Below are positions 29,534-38,821 of a DNA stretch of 56,046 nt, piece by piece. Source of the DNA: a virus (taxonomy: Duplodnaviria > Caudoviricetes); IMG/VR virus record IMGVR_UViG_3300027804_000077, positions 1 through 56,046 of that record. One strand, given 5' to 3'. The position numbers and the translations under genes were made by a program. The notes under the pieces were generated by a model. The model ran no database searches. It had not been told where the DNA came from and worked only from the letters and a program-made list of their open reading frames with translations. Position 1 is the stretch's first letter, and every line of letters begins with the position of its first letter.

Positions 29534-29917
29534 TTAAGAGATCGTCGTGTAAGAGCAGGTATAAGTTATTTTGGATGCCGTGGAACTCGTCGCCCACAGT
29601 GTTGACGCCTCACCCGACACGCTCGTGTCTAGTAAATAAAGTGATGTCCCTGTAGTCATCAACTCCACCGTGCCACCTGCTGGAACGGTCAGCAAATAAC
29701 ACAAGGCTCTGTAGGTTGAACCATCAGCAAGCCTTAACTCAACCGTTGCGTTATACGATGAACTACCATCAATATTCGTCATCAAGATCGAGTTGATCTT
29801 ATGCGTTGCCCCAGTTGCTGGTGCTGTCACTAGAGCATTTCGTGAGGTATCTGAAGGAGTTATAGACACCGTATGCGGAACGATGCTCGTTACAGAAACT
29901 ATATTTGGGGCCGCCAT
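29534..29917 (-). CDS. Tail structural protein
   Basis: MAAPNIVSV start; beta-rich; lies between the two fibre genes. Confidence 0.65.
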   Translation of the reverse strand: MAAPNIVSVTSIVPHTVSITPSDTSRNALVTAPATGATHKINSILMTNIDGSSSYNATVELRLADGSTYRALCYLLTVPAGGTVELMTTGTSLYLLDTSVSGEASTLWATSSTASKITYTCSYTTIS

Positions 29918-29918
29918 A

Positions 29919-32300
29919 TTAACCTCCGAAAACTAAAGCCATAGCTATAGCAAAACCTGTTGTAGAAAGAGTTCCAGTTGCATTAGGCAGAGTCAATGTC
30001 TGTGATGCCGTAAGCGTGGTTGGGGTTAGCGTCACCGCATAGCTTGATGTACCACCCGCACGTCCTGCAAGCACCACGGCATCCTGCGTTGAAGCAGCCT
30101 CTGAACGAATCGCACTGGCCGCACGGAATGTCTGCGCTGCGGTAAATGTCTGCGCCGTTCCTAATACAGCTAAAGTTCCCGTGGTCGGCAATGTGACGTT
30201 GGTTGCACCAGTAGATGTCAGCGTAATGCTGTTAGCACCGGAAGTGATGAGCGACGAACCATTGGCAACCGTCAACGTACCCGTGCTTGTTGAGACTGTT
30301 AAGCCGTTGTACTTACCCGCCGTGATGTCACCCGTTGTATCGGCAATCGTTGCAGCCGAGTTCTGGATCAGCTTACCCGTGGTGCCATCAAACCGGACAA
30401 TCGCGTTATCCGTTGCAGAGGCTGGACCAACCACATCGCCTGTTCCACCACCACCCGTTGCAGCAATCGTAATACCACCAGAGCTATTGGTGATCGTAAT
30501 ACCAGATCCTTGCGTCAACGTAGCAAGGCTAAAACCTGATCCATTACCAATCAGCAACTGACCATTCGTTGGTGTGGCCGAATTACCTGTACCACCGTTC
30601 CCAAAAGGCAGCGTACCTGTGACCTGAGAGGCTAGGTTGATATTGCTGATCGTATTGTTAGCACCATTGATGGTCTTGTTGGTCAGGGTTTCTGCCCCTG
30701 CCAGCGTCGCTAACGTGCCGGTCGTTGGTAAGGTAACCGATGTGTTGCCGTTTAAGGTCAGCCCAAGACTGTAGTTACCTGTGAAGGTAAGCGTATTCAG
30801 TGCATTGTTAGATACACCCGTGCCGCCATTAGCAGGACTTAAGTTGCCAGCAACCGTTACCGCACCACCTGTTGCCGTGCTTGGCGTTAAGCCCGTCGTA
30901 CCGAATGAGATCGTTGCTACGGTATTGCTTGTGGTTGCCAAGGTTCCTGATGTGGGAAGCGTGACGTTTGTAGCACCCGTGGAAGTTAACGTGATGCTAT
31001 TAGCACCAGAGGTTGCAAGCGTAGATCCATTAGCAAGTGTCAGCGTACCCGTGGTCGTGGATACCGTTAGGCCATTCAAACTTGTTGCTGTAGCTACACC
31101 AAGAACAGGCGTGGTAAGCGTAGGTGATGTCGCTCTAACGACATTCCCTGTACCGGTATTCGCTGTCCAAGTCGGCGCTGATCCTGTGGAAGTCAGAACA
31201 AAGTTAGACGTACCTATGGATAAGAAGCTTGTCGCACCTGATGCTGTCTGATAAGGAACCGACCCTGCTGCACCACCTGCAAGATTTGTAGCCGTCCCAA
31301 CCGTCACACCTGATGCAGCACTCCACTGTGGTGCTGTTCCTGAAGACGTAAGGATGGTCGTACTTGAACCAAGCGCAAGCTTGGTAAACGCTGTACCCGT
31401 GGCGTAGTAAATTAAATCACCAGCGGTGTAACTAGACTGACCTGTACCACCCTGATCCGTGGTTAGCGTACCTGTAGAGGTAAGTGCCTTAGATCCATCC
31501 GTAAAGACTGCTTTACTTGCCGTGGCCGAAGATAAAATCGGTGCCGAACTAAAGGTCTGTATGCCCGTAAATGTCTGAGCCGCATCCGTCCGTGCAATCG
31601 TTGCACTGGTCCCCGGAAAGGTCATCGTGGTGCTATCAGTACCCGCTAGCGTCAGGCTATTACTAGCCGTTAATGTCTTGCCATCAGCAATGGTCAGTGT
31701 TGCGCTAGATGCCGGAGCAGTGATCGTGACTTTGTTGTAAGCACCGGCTGTGATGTCACCTGTCGTATCAGCGACAAATGCTGCCGAGTTCTGAATAACT
31801 TTACCCGTCAGACCGTCAAATCTTGCAATTGCGTTATCAGTAGAAGACGCGGGCCCGTCTACATCACCCGAAGCAATCTCTTTGAAATCACCGGCATTCG
31901 TATCCCAGGCTACCCAAGTCTGTTTGCCCGGAGCAACCGAAATACCTGTCGTAGGCCCAGTACTTCCCCTGATCGTGACATTGAACCCACCAGAGGTGTT
32001 GTTCATCACAATGTAGGCTTTACTGCTATTGGGTACGTTTATGTAGCGTAGTTGCGATCTGGAACCGGTACAGTTCAGGATCATGTACTGGGCTGATGTA
32101 GACCCAATATTCGTTGCTAAACTTGTACCTTGCGTCAGGGTCAGCGTGACATCACCGTCAGTGCTTAATGTCTGTGTACCCGCAATTGCAATATCAAGGT
32201 ATGAGGTAACGGCGTTGTTGACATCGTCGCCCCATACTCCAGGCTCGGTGCCCGTGACAGGCCGACCGAGGGCCAAAAGGGATGTGTAATTGACTGTCAT
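29919..32300 (-). CDS. Tail fibre protein (793 aa)
   Basis: Thr/Gly/Ser-rich with repeated GDV.GPAS.TDNAI.RFDG and TL...GGTG blocks; ends AIAMALVFG. Confidence 0.8.
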   Translation of the reverse strand: MTVNYTSLLALGRPVTGTEPGVWGDDVNNAVTSYLDIAIAGTQTLSTDGDVTLTLTQGTSLATNIGSTSAQYMILNCTGSRSQLRYINVPNSSKAYIVMNNTSGGFNVTIRGSTGPTTGISVAPGKQTWVAWDTNAGDFKEIASGDVDGPASSTDNAIARFDGLTGKVIQNSAAFVADTTGDITAGAYNKVTITAPASSATLTIADGKTLTASNSLTLAGTDSTTMTFPGTSATIARTDAAQTFTGIQTFSSAPILSSATASKAVFTDGSKALTSTGTLTTDQGGTGQSSYTAGDLIYYATGTAFTKLALGSSTTILTSSGTAPQWSAASGVTVGTATNLAGGAAGSVPYQTASGATSFLSIGTSNFVLTSTGSAPTWTANTGTGNVVRATSPTLTTPVLGVATATSLNGLTVSTTTGTLTLANGSTLATSGANSITLTSTGATNVTLPTSGTLATTSNTVATISFGTTGLTPSTATGGAVTVAGNLSPANGGTGVSNNALNTLTFTGNYSLGLTLNGNTSVTLPTTGTLATLAGAETLTNKTINGANNTISNINLASQVTGTLPFGNGGTGNSATPTNGQLLIGNGSGFSLATLTQGSGITITNSSGGITIAATGGGGTGDVVGPASATDNAIVRFDGTTGKLIQNSAATIADTTGDITAGKYNGLTVSTSTGTLTVANGSSLITSGANSITLTSTGATNVTLPTTGTLAVLGTAQTFTAAQTFRAASAIRSEAASTQDAVVLAGRAGGTSSYAVTLTPTTLTASQTLTLPNATGTLSTTGFAIAMALVFGG

Positions 32301-32773
32301 GTCGTTATCTCAGTCCAATTAGCGGTTTGAGAAGTATTGATCTGCTCCCAGAACAATACAGCAGAGATGCTATCAGCACCAGATGCGTTTTCAAGTACAG
32401 ATAGCTGCATTTCCACGTTGATTGAAACAAGGTCATTACCAGCCGCATTCTCAAGCACAGAACTAATAAAGCTTGCTGAACCTGAAATACTGTCTGCACC
32501 AGCAGATGTTTCAATAATTGTTCCACCAAAATTAGCAGCCCCTGCAATTGTATCTGCACCACTGGCTGTTTCAAGAATATTGGCGGCGAAGTACGGGTTG
32601 CCTGCCATGAGGTCATTGCCCGATGCGGCTTCAAGAATAGATGCTGGATACTCAACCCCCGGCACAGCAACTGTGTCGTTTCCTGAAGCCAGTTCAAGAA
32701 CAGAACGATCATAAGCTGACCTGCCCCAAGGCCCAAATCCCCATGCACCTGATCCCCAGCCGCCTTCACTCAT
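32297..32773 (-). CDS. Structural protein with ~19-aa repeats
   Basis: GWG.G.WG N-terminus; about six S.LE.ASG.D.I repeats. Confidence 0.65.
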   Translation of the reverse strand: MSEGGWGSGAWGFGPWGRSAYDRSVLELASGNDTVAVPGVEYPASILEAASGNDLMAGNPYFAANILETASGADTIAGAANFGGTIIETSAGADSISGSASFISSVLENAAGNDLVSINVEMQLSVLENASGADSISAVLFWEQINTSQTANWTEITT

Positions 32774-33351
32774 GTTGCCGTTAATGAAAATTGGTACGTT
32801 ACAGAAATTACATCACCTGAAACTACCGACCGATCTCCGGGTGATTGGAAGTCTGCGGCACTGAATAACGTACCCGTCGTTCCTAAGATCGTGTTGTTAC
32901 TTGTTAGGAAGGCACCACCTACCGTTGCGGTTGCGTCAATATTAAACACAGCCTTATTAGAGGTGTTCGTTACTACCGAAGGATTGGCATTTGTTGATGC
33001 GGCAAAAGTTGCCGCTGGTCTGGTTGCATCGCTGTAGCAATCAATCTCTGTCCAGCCAGAGTGGGAGGACATCGTATCTGATGCAGCCGGTGTATTACTT
33101 GCAGCAGCACCGTATAAGCCCACATACCATGTTGTGATCTGCGCTGCCGAGTTTGCCAGTGCCGTGCCAGCCATGTACTGAAGACCGACGTTAACTACCA
33201 AGTTATCACCCTCAGCAGTCCACTTGAGGTTGCCATCCTTGTCATGGCACTCTGCATAGTACCTACCGCAGGCCACAGCCGATTCACCCCACGATGTTTT
33301 AGCGGCTAACCCGCTAGAAACTTGATCACCCGCTTTTGCTTTTTCCATCAT
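32770..33351 (-). CDS. Tail structural protein
   Basis: NLVVNVG...WYVGL...GTLFS...GDVISVTY pattern; late operon. Confidence 0.65.
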   Translation of the reverse strand: MMEKAKAGDQVSSGLAAKTSWGESAVACGRYYAECHDKDGNLKWTAEGDNLVVNVGLQYMAGTALANSAAQITTWYVGLYGAAASNTPAASDTMSSHSGWTEIDCYSDATRPAATFAASTNANPSVVTNTSNKAVFNIDATATVGGAFLTSNNTILGTTGTLFSAADFQSPGDRSVVSGDVISVTYQFSLTAT

Positions 33352-33782
33352 GCAATCCTTAAAACAGAATCAGTTGCGCCCATCGGGGGAAAAGTGACGA
33401 TTAAATTTGACGCGTTTTTGGTAATCGTCTGCCCAAAGTTAAGTACACATACTGCACGATTTCCGTTGGTGGAATTGTAAATCAGTGCGCCCGCGCAGGA
33501 AAGAGTTACGTTGGTAAAAGTTGCGTCGTCAAACGACCAATATCCTGTATTACTTGATGAAAGGGGCGTGATGTTTGTAAGTGCAATCCCCCCAGCGGTG
33601 TAATTGGTTCCACTCGTCGGTACTTCCCCAGTGGATGTGTAAACGGTGGTATCTGCTCCGAGGTTGGCAGTTGCGACGTACAAAGCGAGCTTGAAAACAT
33701 TGCCTGTCGTCCTTGTAAAGTTGTGCAGTCCTTGGGCAACTTCTGCCTTAAAACTTGTGCACATGGTTTGAACAATTGCCAT
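33348..33782 (-). CDS. Tail structural protein
   Basis: MCTSFK...FKLALY...YTAGG...GALIYN..AVCVLNFG pattern. Confidence 0.65.
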   Translation of the reverse strand: MAIVQTMCTSFKAEVAQGLHNFTRTTGNVFKLALYVATANLGADTTVYTSTGEVPTSGTNYTAGGIALTNITPLSSSNTGYWSFDDATFTNVTLSCAGALIYNSTNGNRAVCVLNFGQTITKNASNLIVTFPPMGATDSVLRIA

Positions 33783-33783
33783 A

Positions 33784-34491
33784 CTACTTCACCGGATACC
33801 GTACTTGACCAGAACGATAAGCGTCCTGACGTTCCATACCATCACCAAGGCGTTTAGCAAGAGCTAAGGCTTCTTCATATTTATTTTGCACTGCTGCCAT
33901 CATGTCTGGTTCAGCTTTAATAAAGAAGTACGCTTCCCGTAACGAACCATAAAGCAAAACAGAATCAAAGTTATCGCCCAACCAAGTTTGGCCTGAAGCA
34001 GCTTCGGTAATTGACTGTGGGTAATAGTAATAATGAAGCTCGACAGAATACCCGGAATCAGGTGTTGGACCTAATAAAAAAGTTAGCTCGTTAGGAAACG
34101 TAGGATAGTCGGGGCCAAAAATAGCGTAATGACGTGGGCGACCGGTATTACCAGAACCTAAAGTAACGGGATACGCTTCACGAATAAAATTAACGTCTTT
34201 GTTTAGTAAGTAATGGTAGCGCCCCGTGGCATCAATAACAGCCATACTATAGACCGCTAAAAAATCAGAGGGGCATTGGAGGTATTGATTATTTAAAGTG
34301 GCGGTCCCTGTTACGTTTTTTCGTAAGGAAGGAAATTGAACGGAGTTATAAATGCGCTGTTCAGCCTGTTTAACAAAAGTCGCAAGCTGTTGATCTGATG
34401 TCCACGTTGTTGCAGAATCAGCAAAAGTAATCGTCGGGTAGTCATTTTCGACATACCCTCGGATCGCCTTTTTTAAATCCGTATAGTTCAC
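33784..34491 (-). CDS. Head-tail adaptor / tail tubular protein A-like
   Basis: MNYTDL...AEQRI...PTPD..Y.VELHYYYYP...LLYGSL pattern. Confidence 0.65.
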   Translation of the reverse strand: MNYTDLKKAIRGYVENDYPTITFADSATTWTSDQQLATFVKQAEQRIYNSVQFPSLRKNVTGTATLNNQYLQCPSDFLAVYSMAVIDATGRYHYLLNKDVNFIREAYPVTLGSGNTGRPRHYAIFGPDYPTFPNELTFLLGPTPDSGYSVELHYYYYPQSITEAASGQTWLGDNFDSVLLYGSLREAYFFIKAEPDMMAAVQNKYEEALALAKRLGDGMERQDAYRSGQVRYPVK

Positions 34492-34631
34492 GCCATCGGA
34501 CCTCTAGCCATTACACCCTTAGTTGCCGCCCCAGTACCGCGAATCTTAATACCAGAAGTCTTGGGTTTTGCATCCGTAGACTTTGGAGTCGGCGCGGGTT
34601 TAGGCTGATTAAAAGGTTTAACTTGTTTCAT
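34488..34631 (-). CDS. Small basic protein (47 aa, below the ORF-track cutoff)
   Basis: Manual translation MKQVKPFNQPKPAPTPKSTDAKPKTSGIKIRGTGAATKGVMARGPMA; overlaps both neighbours. Confidence 0.7.
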   Translation of the reverse strand: MKQVKPFNQPKPAPTPKSTDAKPKTSGIKIRGTGAATKGVMARGPMA

Positions 34632-34825
34632 TACCGCCCCCGTACAGCGTTCTTTTGATTAGCAATCTTGGCGAGGTTGCGCCCCATCTTTAGCATGTTT
34701 GCGTTGGTCTTGCCACCCTTGGCAAGTTTGGTCAGAGGCTGACCTTTGTGCTTGGCTTTTTCGTGCTTGTGCACTGCACCAGCAATCATCTTTTTGTCCT
34801 GCGCTAAGTCTTTCTTATCCATCAT
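34631..34825 (-). CDS. Small basic protein
   Basis: AGGAG RBS; Lys-rich; contains LAKGG. Confidence 0.7.
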   Translation of the reverse strand: MMDKKDLAQDKKMIAGAVHKHEKAKHKGQPLTKLAKGGKTNANMLKMGRNLAKIANQKNAVRGR

Positions 34826-34831
34826 AAACTC

Positions 34832-35260
34832 CTACGATACGGTGACTGAATTAACAAGTCCTCTAGGGACAAGATCGTTGGGGGTCAAAGCAGCATCAAA
34901 AGATCTGGAACCACCAATTGGATACCACCCCCATTGTATAACCCGACTGCCCCCAGAGGGAACCCCATTTTCATCTTGGCTTGAGTCGTCATTTACAGGT
35001 TCAATCTGTAAACCATTTAGCCCCGATTGATAATAAGAGTTAGAGTCAACACGAGGATTACGAATAGCCTGTGGGTCATACACAGGATACATACCAAGTT
35101 GCAATTGCGGCTGATCAGGTTCCCAACACTCAGGGCAGACAAGAATATTGACGTTCTTAGTCTTAATAACAAGCGACTTTAGCTGCTTCAATTTGTATCT
35201 GAAGTTACACCTATCGCACTGCGCGATAGCGTATTTACCAGAGGCAAACTGATTGGGCAT
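34832..35260 (-). CDS. Zn-ribbon-containing hypothetical protein
   Basis: CDRC...CPEC. Confidence 0.75.
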   Translation of the reverse strand: MPNQFASGKYAIAQCDRCNFRYKLKQLKSLVIKTKNVNILVCPECWEPDQPQLQLGMYPVYDPQAIRNPRVDSNSYYQSGLNGLQIEPVNDDSSQDENGVPSGGSRVIQWGWYPIGGSRSFDAALTPNDLVPRGLVNSVTVS

Positions 35261-36024
35261 TAGAAGCTCCCAGTATTACCTAAATACATCCGGCGCGGTA
35301 CAAAACGAACCGCAGCTTTCTCACGATCTTCACCCGCTGCAAAATTCCACTGCTCTTCATAAGCAGCTTTAAGAGCTAATAATCGTTCTTGTCCTTCAGG
35401 AATCTTTTGAGCTATGTAATAAGCTAATCCTGCGGTGATACAGGGAAGAAACCTAAACGGCATATCAGGAGTTTGAATACCATCCCCAGCATTTTGTATG
35501 CGACGCATCCGCCAATAAACTACTTGATAGTACGGCGAGGCTTCAGTGCCTTGGTCAGGGACAGGCCAAACTGTGAATTGTGGGTAGGCGGTTTGTCCGG
35601 GGTCGTATGCACTTGTTGCAGGGTACGTGGCTCCAGAGTTCCTGCTGATGTAAATCTGTATCGGTCTTGCTTGAGCCAGCTTGTTTGGGATTGTGGCGTA
35701 GGTGGAGACACTAATCCTTGTAAGTGTAAGGTCAGCTTGCGTTGAGGCATTACCTGCACCCGTCCTTATAACGTGTTCAAGCAAGTCAATGGTGTCGTTC
35801 GGTAAATCGTACGTCGCAGTGCCCTGTACCAAATTCTTCGTGCCCTGCTCAATCGTCCACATATTGATGCCACGATTTGCCCACTCAATGGTTAGTAGAT
35901 TCATCGAACGACGTGCAGTACGCAGGTCGTAACCAGAGCGCATCTCCCGACCAGCCCTCTCATAGGCTTCTTCGGCTATGTCAGTAAACTCAAGATTAAA
36001 GTCGGTTGAGCCGCTCGTGGTCAT
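35260..36024 (-). CDS. Head completion/adaptor protein
   Basis: EEAYERAG...ARRSMNLL..EWANRG...RFLPC..AGLAYY; located after the head genes. Confidence 0.65.
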   Translation of the reverse strand: MTTSGSTDFNLEFTDIAEEAYERAGREMRSGYDLRTARRSMNLLTIEWANRGINMWTIEQGTKNLVQGTATYDLPNDTIDLLEHVIRTGAGNASTQADLTLTRISVSTYATIPNKLAQARPIQIYISRNSGATYPATSAYDPGQTAYPQFTVWPVPDQGTEASPYYQVVYWRMRRIQNAGDGIQTPDMPFRFLPCITAGLAYYIAQKIPEGQERLLALKAAYEEQWNFAAGEDREKAAVRFVPRRMYLGNTGSF

Positions 36025-36154
36025 GTCTTGCTTCCAATTCTCTTAGGTCCATCGCTACGTCAGCTACACCGTGCCAATCTTCAAGAGCCACCATGACTTG
36101 CAGGTACTCCTTTAGTATTTCTTTCTGCACCTGCCAATCCTCGTAATCTTTCAT
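35996..36154 (-). CDS. Hypothetical protein (52 aa, below the ORF-track cutoff)
   Basis: Manual translation MKDYEDWQVQKEILKEYLQVMVALEDWHGVADVAMDLRELEARHDHERLNRL; ATGA overlap with the upstream gene. Confidence 0.7.
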   Translation of the reverse strand: MKDYEDWQVQKEILKEYLQVMVALEDWHGVADVAMDLRELEARHDHERLNRL

Positions 36155-36396
36155 CTGAATCTTGCAGTCTTTGCGGCAATTTTTGCCGGTTGTTTGACGA
36201 ACTGCTTACCTGCGCTCTTTCCAGCCCGTTTAGCTCTTGTAGTCGCAGCGTATTCAGCAGGTGTAAGAGATTTAATTGCCGCCTCCGGGAGGTATCGTTC
36301 GCCAGTTGCTTTTGAACCCTGTGTGCTAGGTTTGCCACTGCGTGTCCTCCACTTCTGGTCAGTCCAATTTTTTAGACTTTGCTGCGGGGCTTTCAC
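36151..36396 (-). CDS. Small basic protein
   Basis: QQSLKNWTDQKWRT...GERYLP; coupled overlaps with neighbours. Confidence 0.7.
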   Translation of the reverse strand: MKAPQQSLKNWTDQKWRTRSGKPSTQGSKATGERYLPEAAIKSLTPAEYAATTRAKRAGKSAGKQFVKQPAKIAAKTARFR

Positions 36397-36662
36397 TTCA
36401 TCTTCTTTAACGTCTGTGCCAGCCTTGCTCGCTGCCCTAATTTACCGGGAGCTTTTGCAGCTTTAGCCAGCTTACCTGCGGGAATCGGTTTATCGCCTTT
36501 GACACCAAGCTGTGCGCGTAAAGCTCCGGGCTTCTTAATGGCTGACTGAATCCACTTACCACCTTTAGCCATACCACCTTTTTTGTAAACCCCACGACCT
36601 TTAAGAATGTCAGCTTGGGTTACTTCGCCATCTTTATTTAGATCTGGAAACTTGCTAGTCAC
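36393..36662 (-). CDS. Small basic protein with EF-hand-like loop
   Basis: GTG start after GGAGGT; FPDLNKDGEVTQADIL; KWIQSAIKKPGALR. Confidence 0.65.
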   Translation of the reverse strand: MTSKFPDLNKDGEVTQADILKGRGVYKKGGMAKGGKWIQSAIKKPGALRAQLGVKGDKPIPAGKLAKAAKAPGKLGQRARLAQTLKKMK

Positions 36663-36936
36663 GGTAACCTCCACCACGCTGCTTGTACTTCATGGCAAGC
36701 ATCTGAGCTTTGCGAGCTGACCACTGCCCCGGCGCACCACCTTTGCCACCAGCTTTTATCTGGTTGAACAATGCTTTACGCATCCCCGGTTTAGTGTAAT
36801 TGCCAGCTTCGTTTACGCGAGACACCTTGCCACCTTCAGCGTACTGATCAAAGTCAGTGTTATCCCGCCTAGCTTTACGCTTGGCAGTCGGCATTTTTGA
36901 GGGCGAAATCGCCCCCATCCCGCGAGAGGGCATCAT
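36655..36936 (-). CDS. Small basic protein
   Basis: YAEGGKV...NYTKPGMR...GQWSARKAQ. Confidence 0.7.
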   Translation of the reverse strand: MMPSRGMGAISPSKMPTAKRKARRDNTDFDQYAEGGKVSRVNEAGNYTKPGMRKALFNQIKAGGKGGAPGQWSARKAQMLAMKYKQRGGGYRD

Positions 36937-36937
36937 G

Positions 36938-37123
36938 TCAGCAAGCCTTACCGCCGTAAGCCATCTTCTTCATCTTCATCTTAGCCATACCACCTTTAGC
37001 CATTTTGATCTGTGTGCCCTTGGTTTTACCCTTGGTAGCAACACCGTCACGGCTAGGAGCAGCAGTTTTAACAGCGCCCATTTTTGATGGGGCTACGCCA
37101 CCACCCATGCTCATCTTTTTCAT
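36938..37123 (-). CDS. Small Lys/Met/Gly-rich protein
   Basis: Three M..GG motifs; DGVATKGKTKG. Confidence 0.7.
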   Translation of the reverse strand: MKKMSMGGGVAPSKMGAVKTAAPSRDGVATKGKTKGTQIKMAKGGMAKMKMKKMAYGGKAC

Positions 37124-37143
37124 ACCAATACCCCTTTTAAAAA

Positions 37144-37776
37144 TTAACGCATCATCCCACGAGTTTTACCACGCTGTGCAATACCATCAGCACGTTTAGA
37201 AGCTGAACCTACTGAACCACCTTTGGCATATTTATGGACTTTTCCACCGTGCTTTTTGCCAAACTCACGTCCACCGCCGGTAAACTCACGCCCACCGCTA
37301 GTTATTGCTTTGGAAAAAGAACTTAAGAACCCTTCTGGACGTTCAGTAGATCTAGGTTTCTTTTCAGAAGTACTACGTTTTGGACTTTCTTTTTCCTGCC
37401 CAAACTCATACCCACCACGAGTAACGCCTTCTTTAAGCGAACTTAAAATGCCAGAAGCTTCTCTAGGTTTATTAGATGACGGTAGTCTAGAAGCTCTAAC
37501 CTCTAAAGACGCAGATTCAGCTTTTGTTTCTGCTGGTTTGGACGCAGTGGGTTTAGGTGCAGCAGGTTTAGATCCTGCCATTTCCGTCGTGTAAGACTTA
37601 CCATTAAAAGTAAATCGCTCTTGCCCTGCCTTACGAGCTTGAGCAAAAGCTTCACGGAATGTAGAAGGTGCTATTTCAGCTTTAGAAGCTACGTACTCTT
37701 TTGCACGTTCACCTTCTTCAACCTCTCCACCTTCCTCATAACGCTTACGCGCACCAAATTTAATCGGCTTTTTCAT
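37144..37776 (-). CDS. Basic low-complexity virion-associated protein
   Basis: Starts MKKPIKFG after an AAGGA RBS; FREAFAQARKAG..FTFNGKSYTT; ends ADGIAQRGKTRG. Confidence 0.65.
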   Translation of the reverse strand: MKKPIKFGARKRYEEGGEVEEGERAKEYVASKAEIAPSTFREAFAQARKAGQERFTFNGKSYTTEMAGSKPAAPKPTASKPAETKAESASLEVRASRLPSSNKPREASGILSSLKEGVTRGGYEFGQEKESPKRSTSEKKPRSTERPEGFLSSFSKAITSGGREFTGGGREFGKKHGGKVHKYAKGGSVGSASKRADGIAQRGKTRGMMR

Positions 37777-37972
37777 CGTCGGAGTCCTTTTTGCGACGGA
37801 TAATTTGATCAAACGGTTTGCCCGTAACCATCTCGGCAATACGCATAAGCGTCCAGACAGCACCAATCAAACCAAATAAAGGCGTAATCACTTGGAGAAA
37901 CGATCCGATTGTGGCAACCACAGACATGATGTCTGCGGCATTCTTTACCAATTCGTGTTTATCTTGAGTCAT
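37760..37972 (-). CDS. Small membrane protein
   Basis: Long hydrophobic stretch followed by a basic tail. Confidence 0.65.
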   Translation of the reverse strand: MTQDKHELVKNAADIMSVVATIGSFLQVITPLFGLIGAVWTLMRIAEMVTGKPFDQIIRRKKDSDDEKAD

Positions 37973-37973
37973 A

Positions 37974-38228
37974 TCAGCACTTCCAAGCCCTTAAGGATTT
38001 GTTGATACGGCTGTTTGGGTCGTTGGCCGTTTTAGAACTCGTAAGCTTCTTTTTCATGCCTTCCATTCTGGCACAGAATGATTTTTTACGAGGGCCACCC
38101 TCTGGCTGCGGGGCTTTGAGTCCGGGCTTCCCCGGATTGGCAGCGTTGTACGATGCTCGACCCTTGGCGTTCAAACCGCCTTTTGGGTTTTTGCCTTCCT
38201 TGCGTTGCCAAGCTGGGGTTTTTGCCAT
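37974..38228 (-). CDS. Small basic protein
   Basis: AWQRKEGKNPKGGLN...SFCARM...LRAWKC. Confidence 0.75.
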   Translation of the reverse strand: MAKTPAWQRKEGKNPKGGLNAKGRASYNAANPGKPGLKAPQPEGGPRKKSFCARMEGMKKKLTSSKTANDPNSRINKSLRAWKC

Positions 38229-38232
38229 GACA

Positions 38233-38808
38233 TCACCCGCATATCAATGTAACCGCAGTGACATTCGTAACCGCCACGGTTGCAAGATCATTAGTTTTGT
38301 ACGTTGTACGGATACCTTCTGCTGCCATATACAAGCTGTTAACCTGCGTAGCAGCGGCGGGGGTATCGATCTCAAGCAATAACGTCGAATCACTTGCACG
38401 AGTGACAATGATCGTACCCGCAGAAGCACCTGCCAAGTAATACAAACCTTTGATCCGGGTCATGGGTAACGCCAAACTGCCGCCATACCCAACCGTGATT
38501 GCCGCTGCGGTCGCTGCACTTACCGTGATACTTGAAACGGAAGCAAAGTAGTTAGTGCTATAGACCGTCGTATTGTTTGGTCCAGCAACTACCTCAGTAA
38601 CAACCACACCACCTACGGTTGTGCCTGTAATGGTGAAGTTTTTACCCGTTTCATTGCCCGTGCCGGTAATGGATACTTTGTAGCCGTACCCATTTATCCC
38701 CGGCGTTGTAGCAGCAAGCGTAAGTGCACCAGCACCACTCGGTGTAACCGAAGTCACATAAAAGTTGGCACTCGACTTTATCTTGACTGACCATACATCA
38801 TATTGCAT
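38233..38808 (-). CDS. Virion structural protein
   Basis: Thr/Gly/Val-rich beta protein; GAGGT RBS. Confidence 0.7.
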   Translation of the reverse strand: MQYDVWSVKIKSSANFYVTSVTPSGAGALTLAATTPGINGYGYKVSITGTGNETGKNFTITGTTVGGVVVTEVVAGPNNTTVYSTNYFASVSSITVSAATAAAITVGYGGSLALPMTRIKGLYYLAGASAGTIIVTRASDSTLLLEIDTPAAATQVNSLYMAAEGIRTTYKTNDLATVAVTNVTAVTLICG

Positions 38809-38821
38809 GGTGCACCTCTAA

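Noticed and set aside
28231-31251. Long + strand ORFs (e.g. 28826-29605, 30781-31251)
   Set aside because: They are antisense shadows of Gly/Thr-rich fibre genes and lack ribosome binding sites.
27781-32300. Diversity-generating retroelement acting on the fibre genes
   Set aside because: There is no reverse transcriptase. The repeats are in-frame protein duplications, and I saw no adenine-specific template/variable pair.
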